This document shows, piece by piece, positions 13,384-26,264 of a stretch of DNA of 64,000 nucleotides. Position 1 is the first letter of the stretch; each line of letters begins with the position of its first letter. A program made the translations under genes and the position numbers. Origin of the DNA: Zootoca vivipara (Eukaryota); assembly GCF_963506605.1 (NCBI RefSeq), contig NC_083285.1, positions 1,674,001 through 1,738,000 on the forward strand. Reading direction: 5' to 3'. Under the pieces are notes generated by a model, which worked only from the letters and a program-made list of their open reading frames with translations, was not told the origin of the DNA and made no database searches.

Positions 13384-13732
13384 CTGTGGGTTAAACCACA
13401 GAGCCTAGGGCTTGCTGATCAGAAGGTCGGCGGTTCAAATCCCCGCGACGGGGTGAGCTCCCGTTGCTCGGTCCCTGCTCCTGCCAACCTAGCAGTTCGA
13501 AAGCATGTCAAAGTGCAAATAGATAAATAGGTACCACTCCAGCGGGAAGGTAAACGGCGTTTCCGTGCACTGCTCTGGTTTGCCAGAAGTGGCTTAGTCA
13601 TGCTGGCCACATGACCCAGAAGCTGTCTGTGGACACACACCAGCTCCCTTGGCCTATAGAGCGAGATGAGTGCTGCAACTCCAGAGTCGTCCGCGACTGG
13701 ACCTAACGGTCAGGGGTCCCTTTACCTTTACC
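13384..13732 (+). mobile_element. Sauria SINE
   Basis: Aligns to the other copies; tail tttacctttacct. Confidence 0.9.
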
Positions 13733-13949
13733 TAAACTTACATTTTCCTTTGCCACTACATGCCTCACATTTTCTTACTCTCTGTCCACACTGCCTGTTC
13801 CATAGTGCTGGGAGTGGAGGTTATTCCATGCTGAAATGCTCCTCCACTGGAGGCAGGGGACTGAACATAAAACACTACAATTCAGGAAGAAGGCCAGACA
13901 ACACCCTTCTTCCTGACATCATTGTGCCTGTGCACAAGGAGTCCTTCAT

Positions 13950-14400
13950 TGTGTGGCAATGTCCCTCCCTCCCCGTGAAATAAGACACAAGACACAATGA
14001 ATAAATTTTAAGTGGGTGAAAAGGCCACAACTTTATTGGTTACGGATGTTAAGCAGTATTGGCTTAGGCATTGGAACCTAACCGGCTATATCCGACTGCA
14101 ACCCGTGTGTTACAGTCCGGGAGAAATTAACCACCAGAAAGGAGCCCAGTGACGTACATCTACCGGAACACCTCCTATGGCCACCGTTGGGGGGTGCCAT
14201 AAGGCCCTGACCTCCGCAGGCTCAGGACAAAGAGGCAAAGCCCCACCTCCCAGCCAACCCTATTGGTCGGCCCAGGTCTGACGGAGGCGGGAACTCCCAC
14301 CTCGCGAGGGGGCTGAGCTCTCAGTCCCCATCGCGAGAGTTCGGTCGGGGCCAGCCCACAACACCACCTCTGTGGGGATGCGGAAGTGGTTTTACAGAGA
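13950..14400 (-). mobile_element. Probable terminal repeat of an LTR- or DIRS/Ngaro-like retroelement
   Basis: CpG-rich block distinct from its flanks. Minus strand has AATAAAgttgtggcc followed by a GT-rich tract. Family not determinable by eye. Confidence 0.35.
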
Positions 14401-17400
14401 AGCATTGAAAATGTGACCTTATAACAATCAGAAGTCTAGGGAAAGCTTTCGTACTCAGTAACTACAGAATATATAAATCTGTCCTCAGATCACAGACATT
14501 ATAAAGATCTCTTCACTCTTACTCTTGCTCCCCACACCCAATCAAGCAATCAAAGCAATTTATGTAAGAAGACATGACCATCAATTTCCTTAACAAAGTC
14601 TTTATATGTCAGCTTTTAATTGCTTTAGTAATTTTATTTAGTATTTTACTGGTGCCCATTTCATCTCATGCAATTTCTTAGTGCTGCTAATTTTTATACT
14701 AGCAAAAGTTTATAAGTGAGACACAAAGAGGCAGACACATTAGTAGAAATCTTATTTCTTTAGTCTCCTTTCTGCAAAATGTGCATAAGGAGAAAAATCA
14801 GCTAATATTAGCCATAAAAACAGAAAAGCTTACTTAAAATGCCTGCTAAAATTAAATCTAAACCAAACACCTGAAGTTCAGTGGGGAGGGGGCCTGTTTA
14901 TCACCTCCAAGAGGGTGTTCCACAGAATGGGGACCCCAACACCAAATGCATGGATTCTGGTGTATACGGGCTGTGCATCAGAGCCATGGGGGACTACTAA
15001 CAGCAACTCTCCTAGAGACCTCAGTGGCTGGGCCCTGATATAAGGCATCAAGTGGTCCTTTAGGCTTTTAAGCACTGAAACTTTGTGCTGGTGGTTGTCT
15101 GTTCCTACCAACAGTCTAGCCATAGCATTTTACACCAGCTGGAGCTTCTAGACCAGCTCTAAGGGAAGGCCCACATGGAGCACACTGCAATAACTGAGTC
15201 TTGAAGTACATAATGGATGTCTGTAGCTGGTCACGGGCCCTCTACTTGAGCCTTCAGCGGCAAAGATGGATCCAGAAGCCTGCTCTTTCAGGAGGAGTGC
15301 AGCCTCATCCAGAACAGGCAACTGACCAGTCTACCTACCTGCCATTCCTCCATCTTCCCAGAGCAGGAGAAAACAAGCTTGTTCACCCTCCCATGTGACA
15401 GCCCTCGAGACATTTGAAGATGGCTATCCTATCTCCTCTCAGTCTCCTCTTTTCCAAGCTAAACTGACCCAGCTCTCTCAACCTATTTGTCCCTATTGAA
15501 ATTTGTTTTGTTCATTTGGCCCTGTTCCCCAATCTCTTAAAGTCATCTTGAATCCCAATTCTGGCTTCAGCAGCATTGGCTACCACTCCCAGTGCACAGA
15601 CGACACACTGCCCCCAAAGGCTGAATGGCCACATTCAGTGGCTTCATTTCAAAGTTGAAGAGCATTGGGGACAATATTTTTGCCCTGCAATGCAATCTCC
15701 CAATACTGTTATCTGGACATGACTCTCCAGGTTGTGGGGGGTTATCATTTGTGCTATATTCTGTTGGCCTCCCAGAGTGGCTAGGGAAACCCAGCCAGAT
15801 AGGGAGGGTATAAATAATAAAATTATTATTAAGTGACCCAAAATAAAAGTGAGCAATCAGGGGAGGGGAGATCATTATAATTATATATATTTGTAGGGAG
15901 GGTGGGGTGGGAGAGTTCTGTTTAAGTGCCCTCTGTATTATGTTTTGGGGAAAACCTCAATAGAGCGGTGCTGTTCTTCCCACTTTGCAGATTAATTTCA
16001 GATATTTGATAGACCCTCCCTTGCATTGTTATGTAAGTGCTTTGTTCTCCATCCATGTGTGTAATATTTTTAGATGAATTCCCTGTTGCTCTTAATACAC
16101 ACCATGTGTTCTCTCCCTTATTCACCACTTCTATGTACTGGATTTCCCTCACAGTAATTAATACCTTTCCATAAGTGATTCCCAGGGGTTGTAATAAAGA
16201 TACATACCAAGAAATAAATTATGGACAGCCTGTTAGTGTTCTAATTCTATTGCAGACAACACCTTTTATTACTTTAATGTTGAAATCCATAGGTTACTTT
16301 TAATACTGGTGTCTCAGCTCCTAAGCCCAGCTCTTCTTTTTCAGGTAACCTCTTTGAAACCACACATTCTGCACCAGAGTTTCACTAGCAGATCCAGACA
16401 TCTTTACTTTTGAGCAGGACACCAGCATTATTTTCAGACTTCTTCAATATCTGTGTTCTCTATCCTGGCCTCAATCTTAAGTTTGTTCATGCTTTTGTAA
16501 CATAGGGTAACAAAGCCACAAAATTACTTGTTTCTTATTTTAATCAGAATAGACTTGTTCAGCAAGGATATAGTGCAATTAATCTGATAACCACTGAAAT
16601 AGAACAACTTTTGTCTTTATGATTGCATTTCCCCACATAAGTATATGCATGCATGCTGGCTGTTTGTTCCATCTTTGATTAAACATTGAAACATTAACAG
16701 AGTTAAGGGCCTCCCTTAGAAAGGTGTTCTGAAGGACCCCATTTCAAATTGGATTCTTGTGCAGAAATCAAAGGACTAAAAAGCTTCAAAGTTAATGAAT
16801 CATTAGTCATCTGTTCTGAAGACCCTTCCCCTCCCCATCTTTCCTTAGCCTTTGATTTTCCTTCCTGGCAAAAGATGGTAAATTGCCAAGTATTCTTCTC
16901 TGCAAAAGTTGTAATATGGTATTTGACCATAAGAGCCCCACTAATTGATGCTAATATATTGCCTGGTGTTTTGTCCAGAACAAGTACAGTGGTACCTCGC
17001 AAGACAAATGCCCTGCAAGACGAATATTGTGAATATTGTAGGCCAAGGATGAAGGAAATTGGCCCAGAATCTGCAAATTAATTTCCACGACAGATTTGTT
17101 TTTTGAAATTTCAGATAGATGACCAAACATCCTCTGGGTCAAGCTCCACACACTCCATTGTAATCAGATATATTAATATTCTATCAGATATATTAATATT
17201 TGTTATCCCCTGGATCATGGGTGGTACTGGGAAAGAGAGGCCAGTGTACAAAATATGAACCCTAAATCATATTAATATATATATATAATCCCATCTTATC
17301 ACTTGCCAGTTAACTAATATTTATATTAAATTCCTTCCAAAACGTATATATTTATCGCCATTGTGTATTGATCTCCTTACCTCATTCCTCAGAGTTAAAA

Positions 17401-17580
17401 ATAATGCAAGTGTTCTGCTCCCTGCCAAATATTTTTGGCTTATTTTATATTTCTGCTTTCAAAAGGAAACTTTGACATGGATGTTCATGAATTTATACAC
17501 TGGTCTTTAAGGTTATTAACCACAAAAGCCCATAATAACAACTGAAGATATGGTTTATGTATTCTTGTTACCTTTTGAAG

Positions 17581-17630
17581 AATCGGGCTTCTGTCCTAGT
17601 CTGTGTATGAAAAGGTCATACTTCCAATGA
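17581..17630 (+). CDS. BEND7: Candidate BEND7 terminal coding exon
   Basis: Two possible phase-1 acceptors: ttttgaag|17581 gives ESGFCPSLCMKRSYFQ*, and tcctag|17600 gives VCV*. Followed by AT-rich, TE-poor UTR-like DNA with AATAAA at about 18012, 18211 and 19143. Confidence 0.4.
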
Positions 17631-20007
17631 AGGATTAATGAATGTTATATAATGAAAATTTCATAGTCATCTTAAGCACACCAGAAGACACTGCTGTAGA
17701 TGTTTATGCAGAATCTTTTGTGTTTGTTCAACTCAGGCTGAATAACTACTTCTACTGCAGTTTAACACTTTTATGGAATTTTACACATAATGTGTAATTA
17801 TTACACATGGAATTGTTGAAATGTGGCTGTGTTCTCTTGATGACAAGATAAACCTGACTTGCACTGCAGTCTTTAAAAAGTACATTTTCTCCTTAGAGAT
17901 GGAAAGGATTTAGAGACTGTTCCCTCTGGAACAGAACTACTTAGTCTCCCCAGTAAATCTACAAAGAAGGCATACATATTGTAACAGTTAACCAACAATC
18001 AGCATTCTTTTAATAAATCTTAAAAATAATAGTATTCTTGTCTACTTACTGTGACTACTGTTCAAATTTTTTTCAGAAGTCTTTTTATAGGTTTTATTAG
18101 GAAATCATTCCATATTTAGGTAAAAAAAAAAGTACCAGTATCTCAATCTTATGTATATAAGTTTTATTAATATGTACATATTTAGCTATTTTTTAAATTA
18201 CTATGTTCTTAATAAAACCAACAAGGGACTAGTTGTGAATTGGTGCATAAGATTGTGTTGTGTTATCAATCTCTGGGAATCTGTCAAGTTCAGAAAAAAA
18301 AACACAATAAATTACTCTAATTCAACAAGTGTGTCTGGTGTGTGTGCTTTTCAGACATAGTTCAGAAAAGATTGCAGTACAAAGTAATTTGTCCAAAAAG
18401 CCTGAACCAACTTTGAGCAATACTCGAGCAGCCACAGTATTGCTCAAAGATGATACTTAAGAACTATCTATTTTATATATTATTGTTTTTTCTCTCTCTT
18501 TTGCTGGTCTACGACCGTAATAAAGATATTAAGATATCTCTGACTATTTACATCACTGTTGATAACCATACTGCAAACGGAACATTAGAATTTCTGTCCC
18601 TGGACAAAACTTTGCAATGGCCTTCATTGTCATTGTAGAAAAGCAACTATATTTCAGTATATCAGCCTCTGCATTACCTCTATCTATCTCACTGAGTGAG
18701 GCCTCAATCCTGTCCTTACTTGCTTGTAAGCAAGGCCTGCTGAAATCAGCAGGTCTTATTTGTGAGTAAACATGGATAGGATCATGTGTAGAAGTACTAC
18801 ATACACTTTGTCATATGCTTATAGAGATGACAATGGATTCCTTTGTGTGTATAAGATAATAATGTGATCTATATACTGTATTAAACTAAATGTTCTAATG
18901 CCCATCCTATATAACTTGGACACTTTTTTTTAGAAAGATACATGGGATTCATATTTTGTTTGCCTATGCTTTTTCACGTTATGGTAAACTGATGGCTTGG
19001 CATTGTAGTAAAGTGTATGCAGAACCTCCTTGGCTGTTCAGGAGTTAATGGTGTCTGGGAATCTGCATCTGTTTGTGTTCCGCCATGATGGCTGTCTCTG
19101 TTATGATGCTCCATCTCCTGGGATTAACTGTATATCCTAAAAAATAAAGATTGTTTCTGTTCTCCAACCCCCCTGCCCAGGTATGAAGAACATTCTCAAA
19201 AACACATTGCAGCAGCTATTGGAAGTTATCTGTAGGGGGAAAACATCTGTCTGGAGCTGAGAAAAGGAAGCAGATAATTTTTAACAAGAAAGGAAATGGG
19301 TATCCATTTTGTCCAATGTTCAATTACACCACAGCTAGAAGAAATAAAAATAGTGGGTGTATTAAGCAGGAGTCACTATGGTTGGGATACTGGCAACCCC
19401 ACACAAAACCAAAACTAGAATGTGTGAGGGGATCAAAGGAACAGGTTTTGAGAAAGGGATACTGCATTTGTGGCTGAGGCATAGAATTTTGCTCCTGCTT
19501 GACAGGGTTTATTTTTGTGTTAAAATAAATAAGCAATAACTCCCTGTAGAATGTCTGTTGCCAGGCTATATCATTCCAGATTGAATATGGAAAACAATAA
19601 TAATATTTGAATTTCTATTTCGCCTTTCAACCCTGAAGTTCCCAGGGTAGTACCTAATACACTACACAAAACACAGAGAGAGCAGAGAACCAAACTTTCA
19701 GACAATCCAGCAGCAACCCAGCTCTCAATCGGCCCGAGAAAACAAATGTGTGTCCAGTCAACGCCTAAAAGCAAAGAACACTGGGAACCATCAAATTTAT
19801 GTGGTGAGGAAATTCTACATCTGGGGTGCCATAACAAAGGATGTGCCACTGCCCCACAAACTGGAGTTGGAGGGAACGATGAGCTGCTCTGCTCCCACAA
19901 ACCTTAATGCATGGGGTGGAAAGTAAGGGGGTGGGGGAGGAGTCCATATATTTGGGTCCTGGGCTGTGTAAGGCTACATGGAACAAAGCCCGAAATGCTT
20001 ATAACCT

Positions 20008-20376
20008 AGAGGTCGGCAACCTCTGGGCCATGGATGCCGTTTATCCGGCCCATGGGCCGCCTGTGAACCGAGCCGCCCGCTCAGCGAGTCCCCCGCATTC
20101 TACGCTAAAGCAGCGCAGTGCGGCATGGGTACTTGCCGAGCAGTGCCGGAAATTGCACCTGTGCAGACGCCGGAAATCACGTCTGCGCGTGCCCAGGTGC
20201 CGAAAATCGCTTCTGCGCAGTCGCGATTTCTGGCGTCTGCGCAGCTGTAGAAACAATTTCTGGTGCTGCAGACATGCACAGACACCATTTCCGGCGTTGC
20301 GCTGCGCCTGTCCGGCCCACAGACAAGGTCCGTGGGAGCAATCCAGCCCATGGCTGGATAACCTTGCCGACGCTTG
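20008..20376. mobile_element. hAT-type non-autonomous element with GC-rich internal repeats
   Basis: Ends gaggtcggcaacc / ccttgccgacgcttg form imperfect TIRs. Internal (ctgcgca/ccggaaat) motifs resemble those of the 46346 element. Confidence 0.6.
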
Positions 20377-20377
20377 T

Positions 20378-22825
20378 AATAATAATAATAATTAAAAAAA
20401 AATTATTTATACCCCGCCCTCCCCAGTCAAAAACCGGGCTCAGGGCGGCTGACACCAACAGAATTACAATAAAACATAAAAACAATTAATTAAAATACAG
20501 ATTAAAATACAGTATTAAAATTTAAAGTGCAGCCTCATTTCAAGTAGGCCATAAATCCAAGCCATGAGGGAGGAAAACACAGGGGTCAAGCTGTGAGGCG
20601 GAACAGCTCTGTCTTGCAGGCCCTGCGGAAAGATGACAGATCCTGCAGGGCCCTGGTCTCCTGGGAAAGAGCGTTCCACCAGGTTGGGGCCAGTACTGAA
20701 AAGGCCCTGGCTCTAGTAGAGGCCAATCTAGCCATCTTATGACTCGGGATCTCCAGAATATTATTATTTGTGGACCTTAAGGTCCTCCGTGGGGCATACC
20801 AGGAGAGGCGGTCCCGTAGGTACGAGGGTCCCAAGTTGCATAGGGCTTTAAAGGTCAAAACCAGCACCTTAAACCTGATCCTGTACTCCACCGGGAGCCA
20901 GTGCAGCTGGTAAAGCACTGGATGAATGTGATCCCGCGGCCGGGACCCTGTAAGGAGCCTCGCCGCGGCATTCTGCACCCGCTGGAGTTTCTGGGTCAGC
21001 TTTAAGGGCAACCCTGCGCAGAGCGAATTACAATAGTCAAGCCTGGAGGTGATCGTCGCATGGATCACTGTGGCCAGATCGGGGCAAGAGAGGTAAGGGA
21101 CCAACTGCTTGATGCGGCGGAGATGGAAAAATGCCACCTTTGCTGTGGATGCAACCTGCGCCTCCATGGAAAGGGAGGCGTCAAGGGTTACACCCAAACT
21201 CTTGACAGAAGGTACTGGTACCAATTGAGCCCCTAGCCAGAGGACCTCTGTCTTCGAAGGATTTAGCTTCAGTCGGCTCCCACGTAGCCATCCAGCCACA
21301 GCTTCCAAGCACCTGGTGAGTGTGTCCGGGGCCGAGGCAGGGCAGCCGTCCATCAACAGATAGATCTGGGTGTCATCAGCATATTGATGACAACCCAGCC
21401 CAAAACTCCGGACAATCTGGGCAAGGGGGCGCATAAATATATTAAAAAGCATTGGGGAAAGGATTGCGCCTTGCGGGACTCCACACACCAAGGGGTGCCG
21501 CGGCGACAACTCCCTCCCTAGCGCCACTCTCTGTCCCCGACCTGAGATGAAGGAACGCAGCCATTGTTGGACTGTGCCCTGAATCCCCACATCGGCAAGG
21601 CGGTGGTCTAAAAGTTCATGATCGACCATATCAAAGGCTGCTGACAGATCTAAAAGAATCAGCAGTCCCGACCCACCTCGATCCAGCTGTCTACGGAGAT
21701 CATCAGTTAAGGCGACCAGAGCTGTCTCGGTCCCATGACCAGGGCGAAAGCCGGACTGAAATGGATCTAGAGCCGATGTTTCATCCAGAAACCTACCAAG
21801 CTGTTCGGCAACCACTCTCTCAATTATCTTACCCAGGTACGGAAGATTCGAAACCGGGCGATAATTGGATAGATCTAAAGGATCTAGAGATGCTTTCTTT
21901 AAGAGTGGACGCACCACTGCCTCCTTCAACTCCTCTGGGAAAGTCCCTGTGCCCAGGGACAAGTTGATGATCTCACCCAGGGGGGGGGCGTACCTCATCT
22001 GGACACGCTCTAATCAGCCAAGACGGGCACGGGTCAAGGGAGCAAGTGGTGGGCCTTCCAGCTCGGAGGAATCTGTCTACATCAGCAGGGAGTATCTGAT
22101 CGAATTGGTCCAATACTGAACTCGAAGACAGTCGAGGAGCCTCCAGTTCTGTTATTGTATCCAAATTGGCAGGGAGGTCACGGCGGAGTGTCAAGACTTT
22201 CTCCGCAAAAAAGCTCACAAATGCCTCACAGCTATGGGTCAAATTCGTATTTAAATTTGGCTGTTCCTCTAGGGTTGTTAGAGACCTAATTATTCTAAAA
22301 AGTTGTGCTGGGCGAGAGCTAGCGGATGCGATGGAAGCTGAGAAGTAGGACTTTTTTGCAGCTTTCACCGCTATCTCATAGGCTTTCATAAGTTTCCTGT
22401 AAGATGTTCTTGAGGCTCCGTCGTGAGCACGCCGCCATACTCGCTCTAGCCGCCTAAGGTCCCGCTTCATTTTCCGAAGCTCCTCGGTAAACCAAGGGGC
22501 CCGGTTTCGGTGGGGTCGCAGAGGGCGCTTAGGTGCAATCTCATCGATGGCCGCCAAGAGCCGGTTATTCCAGTTCTCGACCAGCTCTTCTAATGAGCCG
22601 CCAGGGGGAGTAGGGTCCCGCAAGGCCTGACGGAATCCGTCAGGATCCATCAACCTTTGCGGGCGAGCCCAAATAGGCTCGCCACCCAAGCAGGGGAGGG
22701 GCGGGAAGTCAATCCTGGCTTTCAGAGCGTAGTGATCAGACCATGGCACTTCCACAGTTGGGGACATGATCACGTCTATACCCGCACCAAAGATCAAATC
22801 CAGCGTGTGGCCTGCTTGATGTTAT
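20378..22825 (-). mobile_element. Young 5'-truncated L2 LINE (end of endonuclease plus RT; ORFs 22797-21973 and 21998-20586)
   Basis: [44 protein letters not shown] and SRLDYCNS motifs. One frameshift at the G run 21980-21988. AT-rich tail at about 20378-20410. Confidence 0.93.
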
Positions 22826-22974
22826 AACCCAACAACAAATAAATCCCATAGTGTTGGAGCCCAAAGAGAGCAGGCAGCAGCTGAGGGGAGGGGAACTGAG
22901 TAGAGAAGCAGCTGATGAAGGGTTAAGTGTACCAAGCACTCCAAATCTCCCTCCTGAAACTGCTTGGACTTTGG

Positions 22975-23740
22975 TTACAAAAGAATTTCAGAAATAGACT
23001 GGAAAGAGAAGTTGCTGAATTGCAACTTATTGCCAAACTTAAAACCATGGAGAGACCTGGTCTGAATAGAGACATTGGATTCTTGTCTCATTATACATGA
23101 TAAATTTTTAGCCATCTCACCCCTTGCTTTTTCCTTTAAGACCAATTGCAGTCGTTAACAGTTGTCAACAGGTTTACCACACCTATCAGCCAATCACCCA
23201 TTCCCACCACCCTTCTGAGTAATACCCCTCCCCACCCTCTCACTATATATAAGGGTCTGGTGACTTCTGTTTCAGTGTATCTAAGAAGTGTGCATAGGGA
23301 CCCAGGTGGCGCTTTGGGTTAAACCACAGAGTCTAGGGCTTGCTGATCAGAAGGTCGGCAGTTCGAATTCCTGCAAACGGGGTGAGCTTCTGTTGCTCGG
23401 TCCCAGCTCCTGCCCACCTAGCAGTTCGAAAGCACATCAAAGTGCAAGTAGATAAATAGGGACCGCTCCGGCGGGAAGGTAAACGGCGTTTCCGTGCGGT
23501 GCTCTGGTTCGCCAGAAGCAGTTTTGTCATGCTGGCCACATGACCCGGAAGCTGTCTGCGGACAAATGCCGGCTCCCTCGGCCTATAGAGCGAGATGAGT
23601 GCCGCAACCCCAGAGTCGGACATGACTGGACCTGATGGTCAGGGGCCCCTTTACCTTTTTAATAAGTGTGCATGCACACAAAAGCTCATACCAATGACAA
23701 GCTTAGTTGGTCTCTAAGGTGCTACTGGATGGAATTTTTT
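22975..23740 (+). mobile_element. Penelope 3' fragment (end of GIY-YIG domain plus pLTR), interrupted by a SINE
   Basis: Encodes KNFRNRLEREVAELQLIAKLKTMERPGLNRDIGFLSHYT*, nearly identical to the C-terminus of the 26540-27724 ORF. Confidence 0.88.
23296..23663 (+). mobile_element. Sauria SINE inserted in the Penelope pLTR
   Basis: Full head and tail. 10-bp TSD aagtgtgcat (23286-23295, 23664-23673). Confidence 0.92.
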
Positions 23741-25313
23741 GCATTCTATTCCATACTTTAAGACTGGCGCTTGGATTGGAGATAGTATCTAAACATCCAT
23801 TTGTTGGCCCATTAAAGACTTTTTAACGGACAAACATCCATTAGATACACATTTCCTGTTTTGTACTTCTTGGAACTGATATAGGACTAACTTTGTGTTC
23901 AAAATAGGGACATGAAGGAACCTAAAATTTGGGTTTCTCAGTCCCCCATATTTGGCCCAACATTCTTCTCTGCAAGATGTGTATACGGTACTATGCGTTG
24001 CTCTGCCATACACCTTTGATAGATCCCTTCACCTCCATTTCCTCCTTTTCCCATCAGTACAGAAAATAAAATTACATTTAATTATAGAAAGTGCCTTTCT
24101 AGCTACAGATGATGGGCGCTATATAAATAACATAGAAGGAATAATCTCACTGTAGTGCCCACAATCCAACTCCTCCTTGAAGCAAATTGCTCTTCAACTA
24201 TTGCCATCTTGTGGCTTCTGGCCTGTTACACACTTTCATTTTATCTGTTAATGGTATTAGTTTGAATTGGAAACACACACAGAGGCAACCTTAAAATTAA
24301 AAGTACTGTAAATGAATTAGAAACGCCTACAGGAGATGCATTAGCATAAATCCAATCAAGGAAGTTTATTTAAGTTGTTATAAACAGCTTAAAATTTTAG
24401 TGTGTGTTGGGGGTGCTAAGTAGCTTTTGCTTATGTTCCTTAACTTTTAGAGTCACCACTGCCTCTAGCCAGGACATCTCTGTGTGTTTTTAAAGTGTGC
24501 TGCATCCAAATAAAAATGCTTCTGAAGTAATACATCATATTACAGAAACATATTTACTCATATAGGAGGATCTGTGTTGATAACACCGGCCCCTGGTAAA
24601 CAAAACAATTAATAAGAGTAACCAATCCCAGGTAATAGAGTAACAGTATAGGATTGACAACACCAAGTAGAGCTTGCTGGGAAGCCCTCTGGCAGTAGCT
24701 TGCTTCCACCCACTGTTACAGACACCCACTTTTCCCTAACCCCAAGCACAGGCCCTTCCATTTGATGGCATAGTTCTTTCCTAAACTTTCACCCTGCCCC
24801 TCAGTCAAGGCCACATCTTTTTCCTGCTCCATTTCTGATTCTAGACTTTTAATCTCTTTTGTATTTCACAGAACTTCAGGTTAACAGTACTAAACCTTAT
24901 ACAAAAGCTATAAGGAACACAACTGCAAGGTAATGAATCCCAGTTTTAACTACTGTATATGCTTTGTTTGTTTGTTTGTTTTTACAATATGTTGCTCTTA
25001 GTTTTCAGTTTATGGTAAATCTTTTCACAAATTAAGGTAATAGCATAAAACTATTGCATGCACCGCCATTTTCTGAGTTGTAAAAAGTTCCAGGGGCAAC
25101 AATATTGGTTTTAATTTCTTTTGGATAATAGAGCATTGAATACTTAAGGCACCTTTGAAACATTTGCTTGATGTGCAGAGCTAAAAGCAGAGCATAAATG
25201 AATGTGAAAGAGCAGTCCTACAAGGCAGATACTCCTAACTATTAGCACCCTTTGATGAAACATCAACGGCCATCTTTGATTCTTAGCCAGCAATCTGCCT
25301 AACAAAAGAACAA

Positions 25314-25528
25314 CAGTGGTACCTCTGGTTAAGAACTGAATTCATTCCGGAGGTCCGTTCTTAACCCGAAACTGTTCTTAACCTGAGGTACCACTTTAGC
25401 TAATGGGGCCTCCCGCTGCCGCCGCACAATTTAGGTTCTCATCCTGAAGCAAACTTCTTAACGTGAGGTACTATTTCTGGGTTAGCGGAGTTTGTAACCT
25501 GAAGTGTTTGTAACCTCAGGTACCACTG
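25314..25528. mobile_element. Tc1/mariner-type MITE
   Basis: cagtggtacctc ... aggtaccactg TIRs. Reverse complement of the 57146-57360 copy. Confidence 0.85.
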
Positions 25529-26264
25529 TATTGGTCAACAGTCATAACAATAGTTAGACCTAAAAAATAAAAATAAAATCATGTCAGAAAATGCCTAAAT
25601 AAGAATTTGTTACATATTATGTTTCAGAACATAATATCATGCAGTAATATTTCCAAAACATCTCCCTCATAAATGTTAAGCATCTTAGCATATTTGGAAA
25701 ATGGATTCAGCATTCTCAAATCCTTTAAGAGGGGAGGGGACTATTTGCTTTTAGTTTAAAAAGTCCTAGGTTTCTGTTCAGGTTAGTTTAGGGGGGGAAG
25801 TTGTTTTTATTTTTGGCATTGAAGAAAGACTGAGAAAATAATGACTAAAACTTGCTAAAAATGTCATCTGAAGCAGGTGGTTTAAGCTTACAGGAACACG
25901 AGATAGATTCTCAAGCAGTTTGCAGGGAACTGTGTGTGATTATATAAAAAAGAACAAAAGAAGAGCAAGGCAGATGTTTTGATGGCTGCCAGTGACTGCA
26001 ATATGACACCTGCTTTATGACACCTCCCTTGCTACTTGATATGGTAATTCAGGAAGCTAATGCTGGACTTGAATCCTCAAGAAAGCGAGGCCACAGATCA
26101 GGTATCAGCAGACCTGGTGGTAGAACTAAAGCTCCTCCCTTCCAAACAAAGGTCGGAGCAGGAACTCTTTCTGACCAATTTCAGAGAAAGAAAATATTAT
26201 GGTACATAACTCTATACAGAGCACAGGCTGGGTGAAAGAAAAGTCAAACAGTGAACTCTTCAGT

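Noticed and set aside
15900-17200. Short ORFs as extra BEND7 exons or a nested gene
   Set aside because: No recognisable domain or consistent splice signals; probably decayed repeats.
21973-21998. Programmed frameshift between the two L2 ORFs
   Set aside because: Falls in a 9-nt G homopolymer; an indel or sequencing error is simpler because L2 ORF2 is normally continuous.
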